In this document: piece by piece, positions 28,684 to 43,107 of the stretch
How the letters are laid out: each line of letters begins with the position of its first letter
Numbering within the stretch: position 1 is the first letter of the stretch
Assembly: GCF_006345805.1 (NCBI RefSeq)
Contig: NC_043001.1
Span: 5,704,001-5,768,000 of the forward strand
DNA: 64,000 nt
Source of the DNA: Octopus sinensis
Taxonomy: Eukaryota
Reading direction: 5' to 3'
Made by a program: the position numbers and the translations under genes
Notes under the pieces: generated by a model
Database searches by the model: none
The model's input: the letters and a program-made list of their open reading frames with translations, nothing else
Told to the model about the DNA's origin: nothing

Positions 28684-29016
28684 TTGTATGTATACATATT
28701 GATTGTAAATAAGCATCGGCCGCTAGCAAGCCAAGCTACTCCAGACTGATGAAGAGCAATGTCTCAGGATGCTGGCTTTGCTGGATGGAGGTTCTTATCT
28801 CCCCTGTTTGATAACATAAGGACACAGAAAATTTGTGTCACATAGCCAACTGGAAATGGTGTTTCCTTGGGCAAAATAACAGTAGCAGTCTTCCCTTTAA
28901 TGGGACTGTCACATTAAGTTGGCATCAAACCGTCACTTTATCGTGCCGCTACTCTATAAGTCTCTCTGAGAGATTTAGAAATGTGCAATATTTCTAATTA
29001 TATATATATATATATA

Positions 29017-29057
29017 AATTAAATTAGAGATAAACCACTATTAGCAAAATCAACAGG
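29017..29057 (+). mobile_element. Terminal fragment of the foldback family (H3-related) next to a TA tract
   Basis: aattagagataaaccactattagcaaaatcaacag matches 47201-47240 and 53306-53345. Confidence 0.65.
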
Positions 29058-29149
29058 AATTTTTAGCAAAAAACAAATGATAATGATGTGAGCAATGACA
29101 CCACACACAGTAACAAGACAAGAAAGACTCCCTCGAAGGATCAGTGGGT

Positions 29150-29202
<53 letters not shown>

Positions 29203-29297
29203 GCATTTTCTCATTATTGTAATCTCCAAAACGTCACGAAAGGGTGTTGTGTGGTGTGTATGATAACAAACAGATGTCCAAGCCGGTCGAGCTGGAA

Positions 29298-29852
29298 GGC
29301 GGTGAGCTGGCAGAAACGTTAGCACGCCGGGCGAGGTGCTTAGCGGTATTTCGTCTGCAGCTACGTTCTGCGTTCAAATTCCGCCGAGGTCGACTTTGCC
29401 TTTCATCCTTTCGGGGTTGATAAATCACTTACGCACTGAGGTAGATGTAATGACTTAATCTGTTTGTCTGTCCTTGTTTGTCCCCTCTGTGTTTAGCCCC
29501 TTGTGGATAGTAAAGAAATAGGTATTTCGTCTGCCGTTACGTTCTGAGTTCAAATTCCGCCGAGGTCGACATTGCCTTTCATCCTTTCGGAGTCGATAAA
29601 TTAAGTACCAGATACACACTGGGGTCAATGTAATCGACTTAATCCGTTTGTCTGTCCTTGTTTGTCCTCTCTGTGTTTAGCACCTTCTGGGTAGTAAAGA
29701 AATAGAAATAGGTATTTCGTCTGCCTTTACGTTCTGAGTTCAAAATCTGCCGAGGTCGGTTTTGCATTCATCCTTTCGCGATCGATAAATTAAATACGAG
29801 TTGAGTACTGAGGTCAATGTAATCGTCTGGCCCATTCCCCAAATATTTCGGG
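29298..29852 (+). mobile_element. SINE family A trimer (head + 3 bodies)
   Basis: Bodies restart at ggtatttcgtctgcc at 29521 and 29711; last body has the alternative tail. Confidence 0.92.
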
Positions 29853-30075
29853 CAAAAAGCAAGGCCATGTGGGGGGACATGGAGTTATGTACAGGGTGGT
29901 GTTCATGTAAAGAGTTCAGGCCACTTGTGGTCAAGGGAGACTTTGAACCGAGCAGTCGTCGGCAACTTCACTATCTCGTCCGGCAGATTATTCCACGGAT
30001 CCGCAACCCGGACGGAGAAAGCCCCCTCTCCTTCGATTGAGATGGACAGAATGTGCTCTTGGATCTTATAGTCTT
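29853..30075 (-). mobile_element. 3' end of a CR1/L2-group LINE (ORF2 C-terminus + 3' UTR)
   Basis: Minus frame AFSVRVADPWNNLPDEIVKLPTTARFKVSLDHKWPELFT*, a typical CR1-group terminal motif (FSxRVxxxWNxLP..FKxxLD). Confidence 0.85.
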
Positions 30076-31636
30076 ACCATTTAAAATTCACTTGTAACAT
30101 CCAATTTGCCCCCACGTTTTTCTGGTCTTATTTTGTATAATGCAACTTACGAAGTGTTTCTCTACCGAGCACAAGAAATTGTGAGATGTGAAACACTACA
30201 ATGTCCGTTTAGAAAAGAAAAGTGTCATAAATTTTTTTCATACTGCAGTCATCTAAAAATGCTCTGTCTTGTTTGTCCAACGTTGTCGTAGAATTTATGC
30301 TGTGCACAAAGTGAAATTTATTCCATTCTAGTTCAAACGACGCCGGTTTCTTCTTTTAAATATACTCAAAGAATCTCTTTAACATTATGTAAAAATCTAC
30401 CTCGCATTATATAAAATCTTTTCCAGATTTTTTATTTAAACTCAAATGGTGTTACTTTATTCAACATTATTCGAAATAAAATCGAAGCAAACTAGATCTT
30501 GTCCCATTCAAACGGTACCGAAACAAACTCTCTAACGAATATGACACAAATCACCGGCAAGTAGAGATATTTCAAACAATATTTTCCTGTCTAATTCTGA
30601 AACGCGTCTCTAAAATATTTTTCTGTTATTGAGTTAAACTTTAGATGGAATATGAAAAGAACCGTATCTACGTTGTATAAGTTGTATAACAATACATACA
30701 TCCCTGTATGTGTAAACATACACAGAAAAAAATACATACCAATGCGTATGTGTTTTGTGCAGACATTTATACATGCGTACCTTTATGCAGATTTGTGTGT
30801 TATGTACAGACATTTATACATGCGTACATGCTAATGTGTTTGCGTGTGTCTGTTTGTTTATGTGTGTGTGTATATGCATGGTGCGAATTAAAGTTGATGT
30901 GGCCGGTGAAAAAGAGTTAACCGTGTTTCTTATATATCGTCACCGCCAGCTGGGAAATGAATATCCAAATTATTGACTGGCAATTTGGTAGCATTTACCT
31001 CACTCGACGTCAGAGACAGTGTCGTGGTAAGTTCAAATCAATTACAAAATTCATTACCAGAACAGCATTCAGTCGTGGACTTGAAGGACCATAGAAACAT
31101 AGAATATAAGGAACGAATGTTGTTGGTGAACGATGAATATGAGGAGGTGATTACGTTTTAGTACAGAAAAAGGATAATAATTAGATTCCAAGATATCGAT
31201 GCTGCAATCTCACGCACAATCAGAGCAAACAGGGAAGCGGATGCCAAACTCTAATAAGTACACAAAGGCATAAATTTTTACAAAGATAAAAGACCAAGAC
31301 ATTTGGGTGAAACACAGGACATGGTGGATTAATATATAGTTAGATATATGGATTGGTAGAGATATAGATATATGAATATATATATATATGTGTGTGTGTA
31401 TGTGTGTGCGTGTGTGTGTGTGGTGTGTGTATGATGCACGGTATTTTGTCAGTGAACAGGTTGCGGTCTCAAAGCGACGAAACTATTTTGACAACTTAAA
31501 TTTAAATGTTGAAGTGAATCTAACGGATTTTGTGTGTTTCTTAAATGGCTTTTAAACACCTTCCACGCTGCAATTGTTTTCGTTTCAGCACACGATCTCA
31601 GAACAGGTCACTTGCTATGCAAGTACATCTCCGTAA

Positions 31637-31692
<56 letters not shown>

Positions 31693-31798
31693 TACGTATA
31701 CATACGTACCTATATATGTATGTATATACACATATACATACATATATAGGTATGTATGTGTACGTATGCATATATATATGTACATATGTATACATATG

Positions 31799-31876
<78 letters not shown>

Positions 31877-32630
31877 ATATTATATATATATATATGTAAA
31901 TGTATATAGAATAATATATCAGTTGTATAAAGTTACATGGTCTGGTTTTCATAATTTTTTTATTATTGTATTATAGAAAATTTTTACGCTGTTGAAGTGT
32001 GTTACACATTAAGAGAAACATTGTGTAATGTTCATAAATTTCAATTAGCAATTTCATACGTTCGTAGTAATCATCAGATTTCAAAATGCATTGAAATGAA
32101 AATTGTGTCCTTGACAACTGTAGCAAAATATCTGAATTCATTTTTACACCTTTGAAAAGGCTCTAACAAGCTAAATTTTTGGAATGTGGATTTAACCATT
32201 CAGCACCTTCTTAACCACCACGTTTTGCCGCGTTCACTGATATTACTGGCACAGATTTCACCTTTATTTTAACCGATTTACTTGAGTTTTACATGTAATG
32301 GTTTTATGAGTGAGAAAACTTAATTGGTTTCGATCCATTTTATTTCAGTCTGTGGCAGTTGCCAGTAATCTGTTTTTTATTCATATTTTAAAGAATTTTA
32401 AAAATCCATATCATTAACAGTTTGTAATATTATTGTTTTTACTTCCTTTCAGAAGAGGTTTGAACATTCTCATTTTACATTTCTTCCAACCTCACTTGTG
32501 ACACGTACGTTTGTGGAAAGGAAACATTACAAAAATATTGTGGCCACATGTTTCTATAAGTCTGCTCAATGGAATTTGGCGAACATTGGTGTTCAGATAA
32601 TGCATTATGTATATACATATATACATACAT

Positions 32631-32675
<45 letters not shown>

Positions 32676-32737
32676 GTGAATGAATTATCCTATGTTTATC
32701 GTCAGCATGGAAAATTCGTCGAGAGTAAAGGAATTTT

Positions 32738-32945
<208 letters not shown>

Positions 32946-33004
32946 TTTATATATATATGTATATATATATATATAATATATGTGTGTGTGTGTGTGTAAG
33001 TGTA

Positions 33005-33120
33005 TTTGAGTCTTTGTCCCTCACCACCACTTGATAACCGCTGTTGGTTTGTTTATATCTGCCAATCTTAGGGCTTCGGCAAAAGAAACGATCGACTAAA
33101 TAACAGTTATTAAAATAATC
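33005..33120 (+). mobile_element. Degenerate SINE family B 3' half
   Basis: tttgtccctcaccaccacttgataaccg...cttagggcttcggcaaaagaaacgat. Confidence 0.6.
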
Positions 33121-34604
33121 AAGCAGTGGAGTCGCCTAATGACTGCAACAAGTATAAGACAACAGATGAATTCATAATCTCTGAGGGATTCACTGAATTA
33201 AGACTTTTTAGCAAAACGTGTCAAACGTATATAAACCAGAACAAGTGTTGAAATAAAACTCACACATTAAAGAGTTCAACGTCATATGACGGCGGAAGTG
33301 TAGTTTTGCTACCATGGGCGTTACTAGCAAATATGCGTAATTATAATTCGACTTTTATGAAATTACCTATTGCGACAAAAAATATTTCGCCACAAAAATT
33401 ATTTCTCCACTATTACTTGTCATGAGACGGTACACTATTTTTGTTGAGACACGAAGAAATGTATTAATTCATAATACACAATAATTTTCTAATATTTACT
33501 GAGAGGCTCAAAATGTAGAGCACACGCAATGTTAGTGAAAATCGTGTGTCATACACAATGTATCCACAGAGATTTCAGTTGAAACAGGATTATCGCCTGC
33601 TCAGCAGACGACACTTTTGACATTGATGCATTGGAATGTATATCTCTGAAAATCTTTCAGACAATTATTATCAATTCGCCATAAGTTATGACGATGATGA
33701 TTCACGAATTCTAAAACTATATTTACAAACTGAAAATTTGTTTAAAATAAATTAAAACGTTGCGAAGTCATATAATATTCTTACTTTTAATGGCTTAACA
33801 GTTTAACATATTCTTTTTTATCATATATTTAATATCTTTGCTTTGGATATTTTAAAAAATCTATTCATCTTACTTTAAATTATTGAGTTGAGAAGATATT
33901 TTCAACGTGGTGTCATGAAACTTTTGCCAGGTGTTAACTGACAGAATATCTGAAACAAATTCCAGTGGCCGTTTGTCATTGGAGTTTGCAACAGATTAAT
34001 CTGCTGGAATCCGACAATGATAAATTGGTACATTGTGATATGCATTTATTTATGAATGTGTGTCCAAGATTGGACGTACTTAAGATCATTCGAGATATAA
34101 ACATTTTATTAAACAATTTTCAAATAGGGATGCAGCTCAACTTAGATTATTGCAGAGCCTAATTTAATACCAGCGATCTTCAGCATTGTATACAAACAAT
34201 TAGTGGTATCCCTCTTCTTCCGGGTAAGTTTCTATGTAAACTTTTGCCTTCATGGGAAATTGGTGCAAGTAACGTAATTACAGTTGAAATTTGAATATAT
34301 TTCTTCGTGTCTCAACATAAACAAGAAATGGATGCTATTTAAATAAATATCCGAATATTTATATTATTAAAGCAAACTTAAACAAATTCCCCATTTCCTG
34401 GTATCCACCCATATCTAACCGTTGGTGGATGTGTGTGCATTTTTACTTCTGTTTATATATATATATATATGGCAGTCCTGTAAAAGACGGTGTCACTGTC
34501 GTTTTAGCCCCAAACATACACACATACACACATACATATATATACATACACACACACAACACACACTATATATATATATATTATATATATCTATATATAT
34601 ATAT

Positions 34605-36318
34605 ACTAGCATTATTACCCGGCGTTGCCGGGTCATAGGGCTAGTGCATGTATATATGTGTTATATATGTGTACATATTACACGTACATCTATATATATA
34701 CATCTACGCATAAAATACAAATTATATCTTGATATCACTAGTGATACAATACTCAAAACGTATAACAGACTGGAATTGTAGGCCCGTCTCTTGCAATTTC
34801 GATCAATTGTATTGTGTCCTACCTCTTGTGTACAAGTGTGGCTACAATCCGGCCTACCTCTACTTCTGGGGGGACATTTTTAATTTTTATCCGGAATGTC
34901 TTACGTCCCAGATATAAAGGTGAAAATAAAATATTTCCACTTTGCAAGGTTCGAGTCGAGTACTCCCTTGCATACTCCGTTGACTCGAAGATTGCTTCTA
35001 TTGTGGCGAATTTACCGCCTCTGGTTAGATACTTGATATCTTTTATAGTCGCACCAAGACACTTTTCAATGGTGCTTTCCTCCAGACAATAGCCTTTTCT
35101 TTAATTTAATTTTTTATTTCGTTTGGTGGTGTTATCCTAGATTCACCGTTTTAGTCAGTGATCAATCCGAGATAGGTTTGTATTTCTTCCATTTTAATTT
35201 TAATGAGTTCGCGCCCGCCGACAGCTGCAGCCAAATTCATTTTTTGACTTTCTTCTATCGAAGACACTTTAACAAAAATGCTTCCGTATAAAAGGTGAAA
35301 ATATTGTCAATCTTCCCAAACAGGGACACAATTCAATTTTTAAACAATAACCAAAGATCCTTCTCCGAAATGGGGACGGTTACGGTTTACAATTATTTAA
35401 CAAATGAAACACATCAACGTTTCCCTTTCGAGGAACCAACAAACGTGATAGCAATAGTTAAACAGTAATAATAACAACAACAAACCTTACGGTGAATCAA
35501 AAACCAGTACTCTGTTGAAGCTATAGTCCTTTATGGATCAGAAATAAACCAACAGCAGTACTTAGTAGAAGCGCCTGTTCGAGAAAACAGACATTACATA
35601 CAGCCAAACCTCATATAGATACTTAATGCTAGCTAATTAGCAGATAATCTAATGTAAAAGCCGTGCTAAAGGGTATGTGCACAGCTCAATCTGGACTATT
35701 CCATTTCGGCACTTAAATTTTATATTTAATTTATTCCCATTCATGTGAAACCAATTATTCATGTTCAAGTCATTGATGCAATTTTATACCAATTGCTATT
35801 TTTACTTTTAATTGTTATGGTACGATTTAATTATTATATTATACTTTAGTTTGATTTTAGTTATTACTTACTACAAATAATTCAATAGCTATTATCATCT
35901 CTAATTTTTTTATTGTTAAAGTGAAAGTATCTGACATAAAATAGAGAAATGTATTTGTTTCACTTTTAACACGTAATACTGAAATAGTGGAGAAGATATG
36001 ATATTGCTATGGGCTCGCTCTAGGCAACCTGTTGAACATTATTTTTACCCATGAAACTACATGGACCCTAAGTAAGGCATGTGTAAAATTTGAAGGAAAT
36101 TGGTTGTGCAGTTCTCAAGTTTTAGGGAATCTTATTGGAGAAGATATGATATTTCCGTGGGCTTGCCCTAGGCAACAAGTTAGAAAAACTTTTTGCCGAT
36201 GACACTCCGCGGACCCCAAGTAAGGCATGTGTAAAATTTGAATGAAATTGGTTGTGTAGTTCTCAAGTTTTAAGGAAACACACAAACAGACAGACAGATA
36301 GACACGCATTCTCAGTTT

Positions 36319-36330
<12 letters not shown>
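34605..36330 (+). mobile_element. Probable non-autonomous Helitron-like (Lep1/DINE-1-style) element
   Basis: Starts ACTAG after TA, 5' hairpin acccgg-cgttg-ccgggt; ends with two ~150-bp tandem subterminal repeats (~35990-36270), (ACAG)n and ttttatat. Linking both ends into one element is inferred. Confidence 0.55.
34755..35210 (-). pseudogene. L1/Tx1-like ORF1 fragment, homologous to 58050-58420
   Basis: IKDIKYLTRGGKFATIEAIFESTEYAREYSTRTLQSGNILFSPLYLGRKTFRIKIKNVPQK aligns with IRQDIKFIKRGR..VEAKFDSEEVAKKQSTTPLMSEALELLPTYMGK*SLRIRM. Confidence 0.7.
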
Positions 36331-36365
<35 letters not shown>

Positions 36366-36367
<2 letters not shown>

Positions 36368-36530
36368 GAAGGGCTTCTTTAAGTTTCCGTCTACAAAATT
36401 CACTAACATGACTTAGGTCGGCACGAGGCTATTTAAGAAAGCCATTGCCTAAGTTGCCACGGAGCGGGACTGAACCCAGAATCATGTTGTTGGTAAGCAA
36501 TCTACTTGTCACACAGACACTCCTGCGCCT
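36366..36530 (-). mobile_element. SINE family B head half
   Basis: gggcttctttaagtttccgtctac...cactcctgcgcct; breaks at TA tract. Confidence 0.88.
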
Positions 36531-37969
36531 ATGCAGACATTTATGTAATAATTACACAGATGTGAGTATAAATATACAAATAATGCAGAAATTCAAACGA
36601 GAATGTCGAATAAGTGATAGATGATAGCAGTTTCTCGAAGATAGCTACCCAAGGTAATCTGGAAAATCCTTTATAACAGTTTTTCACAGGTAGACATCAG
36701 GAGAGTTATACTTTAATATCATAGATCATTCAGGGGAGATTTCGGGTAATATTTTACAGCCGTTTCCTGAGTACGGTTAATGGTAAGTAATGTGGAGTGC
36801 ATTGTGCGTGCATATACAGTAAGTATATTGATGTTCGGGAATGAATACGAAATATCACAAATTCGCTAAAGACAACTCTTTTTATCAAAAGCCTTCAGAA
36901 TTCTCACACCGGCACGTAATCGATCAATGAGTTTCAGTAAGCACCCATAAATATGAGTTGTATCGTCGAACGTGGGGTAATTAAAGTTGTCTAAAGAGTA
37001 GACATAGTTAAATCCGTTGTTTTGAATCCGTGTAATAGAAATATTTCATGCGAATCTCCTTATCTTAATGCAGAAATTAATGCTTAATCTTGTTAGCAGT
37101 TGAGATACTTCTCTAAGTAATCTATTCAATTGTACATGCGGGATTTCGGATGTCAATAAAATGAAATGAAATAATCTTTACGTGTCTTCCTCCAGTTCCA
37201 TACTCAGCATTTCGACTCTTTTCACTAAACTAAGACACTCTTTTACAATTCTATGTGATTCTTTAAAAAAGCGTAACTTGTGCCAAACATGTCGAGAAGG
37301 TAAAATTTCATCTAGATCGATCAAAACCTCACGAATTGGATATTTATTCCACATCGTTTCCAGGATACGTCGCATAAAATGGTGCTCCATGTGGGTAGAC
37401 CTACTGCTTTCCGCTGATTTTAGCATCTCAGATTATAATAACGTCTGCGAGTTCCCAAAACATGATGAGCAAGGGTACTTGCATAATAAACTTTAGTTTA
37501 ATGATAATAGGAAAAAAAGATTGGATAGAAGCTGCGAGTAAACGCAACTATGATTAAATGATTATTTCTACGATATTTTCCTTACATTTTGCCATTGAAA
37601 TATACCGAATACACACACATACATACACATACACAAAAAATGCACACATGCGTATATACACATACGCACACACAAAATTATACACCCACTCGTGCATACA
37701 CATGTATATCACCAGTGTTAGTCAGCCCCTCTCTCTCCCCTTCTCCCTATTCTCCCGAAACACCTATATGTATATGCGTACATGCATCTGCATAAATTTC
37801 TGCAGTCTGTTTACTTTAACGGTGCTTAAACTGTATATATAGTTACATACGTATTTCATTACATGGGTATGTATGTGTGTGTGTATGTGTGTGTGTGTGT
37901 GTATAAGAAGTGTATATTATACCTTTTATTTAAGGTGTATTTTAGGTCTCATGCTGCGTATTACATTTA

Positions 37970-38200
<231 letters not shown>

Positions 38201-38820
38201 TACGTATGTGTGTTTGTAAGTACGTATTGAATTTTTGCAGTAACGAGTGCACGTGTTGCTACTAATTATAAGAGGGAATAAATTTACAAATTAAACCTTA
38301 TGAAATTTCACATTTCAACAATTACTAAAATATCGAAGGAGAAATTAAAGAATAAAACTGCCAAATATATACGACTCTTGGAATGAATTACAATATTTCA
38401 TAAAATTATTTTTACACTTAATATTACACTATTTTTTTAAATTTTAATTTTGACTCTATGCCTGGGAGAAAGGTTGAAGCCAATTTCATATTTAATTTTA
38501 TTTCAATCAAATTTTTCATTACTAATTTCCAGCAAGAATTGAGACAAATCAATAAAATAAAATAAAAATAATTTAGTTATTTTTCTGAACTAATCTTCTG
38601 ACATAAAAATGAAGCGTTTATTTGTTTATTTATTCTAGATTCCAATCATAATATTCGAGTTATGTTTGGAAAATATTTTCCTCTATGGTTTACTTGTCTC
38701 TAAGCAATTAAGTAATATTTTTCAATATTTAGTTTGTCGATGTAGTCCAAAAATAATCGGATGCGATACACGTCGTCGTTAATAGCTGCTTTAATAAACA
38801 ATGATTCACACACTTCTACC

Positions 38821-39240
38821 TATTTCTTTACTACCCACAATGGGCTAAATATATAGGGGACAAACAAGGACAGACAAAGGGATTAAGTCGATTAAATCGA
38901 CCCCAGTGCGCAACTGGTACTTATTTAATCGATCCCGAAAGGATGAAAGGCAAAGTCGACCTCGCTGGAATTTGAACTCAGAATGTAGCGGCAGACGAAA
39001 TACCTATTTCTATTTCTTTACTACACACAGAGGTTAAACACAGAGGGGACAAACAAGGACAGACACACGGTTTAAATCGATTATATCGACTCCAGTGCGA
39101 AACTGGTACTTATTCAATCGAGATCGAAAGGATGAAGGCAAAGTCGACCTCGGTGGAATTTGAACTCAGAACGTAACGGCAGACGAAATACGGCTGCGCA
39201 TTTCGTCTGACGTGCTAACGTTTCTGAAAACTCGCCGCCT
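38821..39240 (-). mobile_element. SINE family A dimer (head + 2 bodies) with 16-bp TSD
   Basis: ttcacacacttctacc (38805-38820) and ttcacacatatctacc (39241-39256). Confidence 0.92.
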
Positions 39241-39349
39241 TTCACACATATCTACCAGGATATAGGAAAGTATGTACTGTGTGGAAGAGTCTATTCTTCT
39301 CCTACATCCTGCTATATTTGAAATGCGACCAGCAATTTTGCGTCTAGGA

Positions 39350-39910
39350 TTAAACTGTTAACATCGATCCTATTACTTAAAAGATCCTTATTTTATCGAC
39401 TCCGAACGAATGCAGGTGACCTTTACTTCGGCGAAATTTGAACTCTGGACTTGTACACGGTCGAAACGACATTACATTTTACTAATTTTGCCAATGATCC
39501 TGTTAGCAGGCAGCCATATTAATACGAATAATATTGGTCTAATATTTTGGCGCAAGGCTAGGTAGTTCGGAGAAGAGATATGCTGATCTCATCAACACCA
39601 TTTTTTTAACTAGTACTTATTTTATCGACCACGACAGCATGTTAATTTCGGTCTCGGCATAATTTGAACACAGAAAGTAAAGGTTGTCGAATTGCTGCAA
39701 AGCATTTTAACCCGTGGGCTAACGATTCAGCAAGCTCACTGCCTTATATTAATACTAATATATTGGTTTTTAAATTTTAGGAGCAGAGCCAGCAATTTCA
39801 AGATAGGGAGTAAGTCGATTACATCGACCCCAGAGATCGACTGGGGTTGATGTAAACGACGTTTCTCGTCCACCGAAATTGCTGGCTTTGTACCGAAACT
39901 TGAGATCAAT
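39350..39910. mobile_element. Old degenerate SINE family A copies
   Basis: cttcggcgaaatttgaactc, tacttattttatcgacc, gattacatcgaccccag fragments. Confidence 0.65.
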
Positions 39911-40316
39911 ATATTAATAAGCTATTATGGGATGTAGAATACAACATGAATAATATAATCGTAATAAATCGCTGCAGTTTCTTTATATGCCATTATTTTT
40001 CAAATAGAGTAGGGAGTGCATACGGCCTCAGCACAGAATCGGTGAAATTGCATTAAAACAGGTGAGGTAAACTTTTAAATTACTATTCTGTGCTGGTTTT
40101 AGCCCATTAGCCTATGAAGAAACCCGTTACATATCGCGAGCTAACAACAGCATACAACATATATCATGATTGAGTTCGAAGGTAAGTGGAAATGTAGTTC
40201 ATTGTTGAACCTGAATAAACAGATCTGGATCCAGATATGAATCACGTGTTCATCGCAAATCCTAACTTGCATCTCTTACCACAGTTTTCTGAAGCATACA
40301 TATAGTACATATTCTT

Positions 40317-40898
40317 TTCTACTCTAGCCACAAGGCACGGAATTTTTGGTGATGTTGGGCAAGTCAATTGGATCCACCCCAGTACACAACTGGTACTTAA
40401 TTTATCAACCCCGTAGGGATGAAAGGCAAAAGCGACCTCGGTGGAATTTGAATTCAGAACGTAACGGCAGAAGAAATTCCTGTTTCGTTACTACCCACAA
40501 GGGGCTAAACATAGAGTGGACAAAGAAGGACAGACAAAGGGACTAAGTCGATTAAATCGACTCCCCAGTGCGTAAATGGCACTTAATTTATCAGCCCCGA
40601 AAGGATGAAAGGCAAAGTCGACCACGGCGGAATTTGAACTCAGAACGTAAAGACAGGCGAAATACCTATTTCTTTATTACCCACAAGGGGCTAAACACAG
40701 AGGGGACAAACGAGGACATACATAGGTATGAAGTCGATTATATCGACCCCAGTGCGTAACTGGTACTTAATTTATCGACCCCGAAAAGATGAAAGGCAAA
40801 GTCGACCTCGGCGGAATTTGAACTCAAAACGTAACGCAGACGAAATACCGCTAAGCATTTCGCCCGACGTGCTAACGTTTCTGCCAGCTCGCTGACTT
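40317..40898 (-). mobile_element. SINE family A trimer with 21-bp TSD
   Basis: atacatatagtacatattctt (40296-40316) and atacacacagtatatattctt (40899-40919); junctions near 40480 and 40664; last body has the alternative tail. Confidence 0.92.
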
Positions 40899-42199
40899 AT
40901 ACACACAGTATATATTCTTAAATGTATATAGTAATATGATACACGCGAGGAGGGCGAAATTCATTCGAATGTGCTCCTATATAGGAGGTCATATTTGGGA
41001 ATTACTTAAACATCATTAATTTAATATGATCCTTTGTACTTTGAAAAAAACAATCATATTTCTAATACCTTTAAATAATTTCTGTTATCGTAAATATTAC
41101 GTTCGGATAATTATCTTTCGTATTTTAAAGGAATCAATGTTGTCTACTCTGTTGCAATGTATATCACACTAAATCTATATTATGCCATTCAGTTGAATAC
41201 ACTTCCATTCATATCATTTGCCTATCGATACACCATTCATAAGAGAGATGATTGTGAAGAAAAGGTAATGAGTGTAGAATTATTAGATTGCTAGACAATA
41301 TCATCTGTTTATTTACTTATATCACGTCCAGCTTTGATTAACAAAAAATGTCTATCTCTGTCTCTTGGTACATTAAAATAAATATTGGTGTCATATTGTC
41401 GCTGTTATTTTCAATTAACGGCTTCCATATATCTTTCATGGGACTGTGTGAGAATTTCAAATAACATACGGCAGAAAGACACATCAAAGTATATATTTTT
41501 GTCACGTAATCATTATGAATTATTCTTTACGAAAAATTGAGAGACTGTTACTTAATCAATTTCATTAAACATCGTATAGTTTATCAATATTGTATTTGCA
41601 TCATTAAAGATCAGTATCGATATTTTTCAGACAAAAATAAAAGAAGGAAAAGAAGAAAATTTGAATAACACCCAGATTGAAGCTAAATTCGTACTGAATT
41701 TATGAAGTAATTGTAGAGATCAACTTTCATATTGGCATAACAATTGGACGATTAATAAAACATTGGCAAAAGAAATTGATATGAATTTTAGATTGAGATT
41801 GATTCATAGTTAAGATGCAATCCAATTAACCCTCATTAATACAATGATCCGATGATTAATTTTAGGGCATTTTGGCAAAGAGAAGTGTCAAGAGTTGTTT
41901 TAATAAATATCAGGAGTATTTTAAAGGTTTTGAAACTTTCGTTAAATGCAGAATTCTACTACTCAAAAACCATTTTAATTTCAAGTATGGCAACATCCGC
42001 ATAATATAGAAAAAGGATACATTTAATATTAATAATGAGCAACCCTTGAGTTTGTGAAATTAGATCCAAAAAGGGCCAGTAACGCCCATGAACTGGCTCA
42101 AAATATGTTGACTGAATTGTCCGGGTTTCATTAATTGTAGTAATTAATTTGTCGAAAACGAAACTACCTGAGAGATAAGAGGATCATAGTTAAATTAGA

Positions 42200-42400
42200 A
42201 AAATAAAATAAAACAGGTCGACGAATTTTATTGGGAGACGAACTACATCGATACCTAGAGCATAATTGATGCTTTATTCATGGAGCCCGAAAGGATGAAA
42301 TGCAAAAGTGAACTCGGCTGAATTCGATCGTAAAGATGAACCAAACACCCACTAAGCCTTTTGTCTAGCATGCTAACCATTCTGGCAGTTCGCCATCTTC
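42200..42400 (-). mobile_element. Old degenerate SINE family A copy
   Basis: cccgaaaggatgaaatgcaaaagtgaactcggc...gcatgctaaccattctggcagttcgcc. Confidence 0.65.
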
Positions 42401-42768
42401 GTATAATACACTCTCTTATTTTTTTAGCTTTGTCTTATAAAGCAGCTTTACGTTTATTTGACCATTCTTAACCAACAAATACTTCAGCATATTTACAAAT
42501 TACTGATTAGAGACTATAGGTGTATCTAACAGATCATTATACCGTATAATAGTGAAACATTAAAATAATTACCAAAGGATTCCACGGTGTTTATTCACTC
42601 GTGATACTTGTTCTGAGTTCACAGCCCTGATTTTGTGTCCAGGTATTTAGTGTATTGACGTATTGAATATTAAAAGAAAAAAAGACAATTAGAAATACAG
42701 ATACGGCGAGGAAATGAAACTTCAGATTCTTATCGTTATATATATAAATATATACATATATGAATATG

Positions 42769-42811
<43 letters not shown>

Positions 42812-42812
<1 letters not shown>

Positions 42813-42995
42813 GGGAGAGTTTACGAAAAAAACAAAAGACGAAGACAGGTGATGTTCAAAACATACAGATGTATTAGTATAACGCTCAGGAATAGAAAGA
42901 GTTTTTCACGGAAAAAAAACAAGGAGAGAAAAATGGAGAGAAAAAAAAGGAGAGAAAAAATAGAGAAAAAACAAGGAGAGAAAAATTTCATCCCT
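42812..42995 (-). mobile_element. Family H2 copy lacking the HHR segment, with GA-rich tandem expansion
   Basis: aaaagacgaagacaggtg...agatgtattagtataacgctcaggaatagaaaga aligns to 46985-47072 in reverse; the HHR interval is absent. Confidence 0.65.
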
Positions 42996-42998
42996 AGA

Positions 42999-43107
42999 TT
43001 GCGAGGATGATCCGGTTCTTGACTAAAGATTAAAGGCTTTGAATGACCCGTCCGTGTTTTTTGTATCGTCTATCTGGATGTTTTCGTTCTTGTCCCATTT
43101 TGTATTT
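42999..43107 (+). mobile_element. Terminal fragment of a second TA-associated element; inverted mate of 43556-43665
   Basis: ttgcgaggatgatccggttcttgact...cttgtcccattttgtattt; reverse complement present at 43556-43665. Confidence 0.8.

Noticed and set aside
30950-31330. Protein-like ORF (VAFTSLDVRDSVVV...) and nearby gtaagt donor
   Set aside because: No recognisable motif, multiple stops downstream, no consistent exon structure.
36690-36782. Strong splice signals (tttttcacag ... atg|gtaagt) around 93 nt
   Set aside because: Stops in all three frames; such signals arise by chance in 64 kb. A non-coding exon or 23-nt micro-exon cannot be excluded without RNA data.
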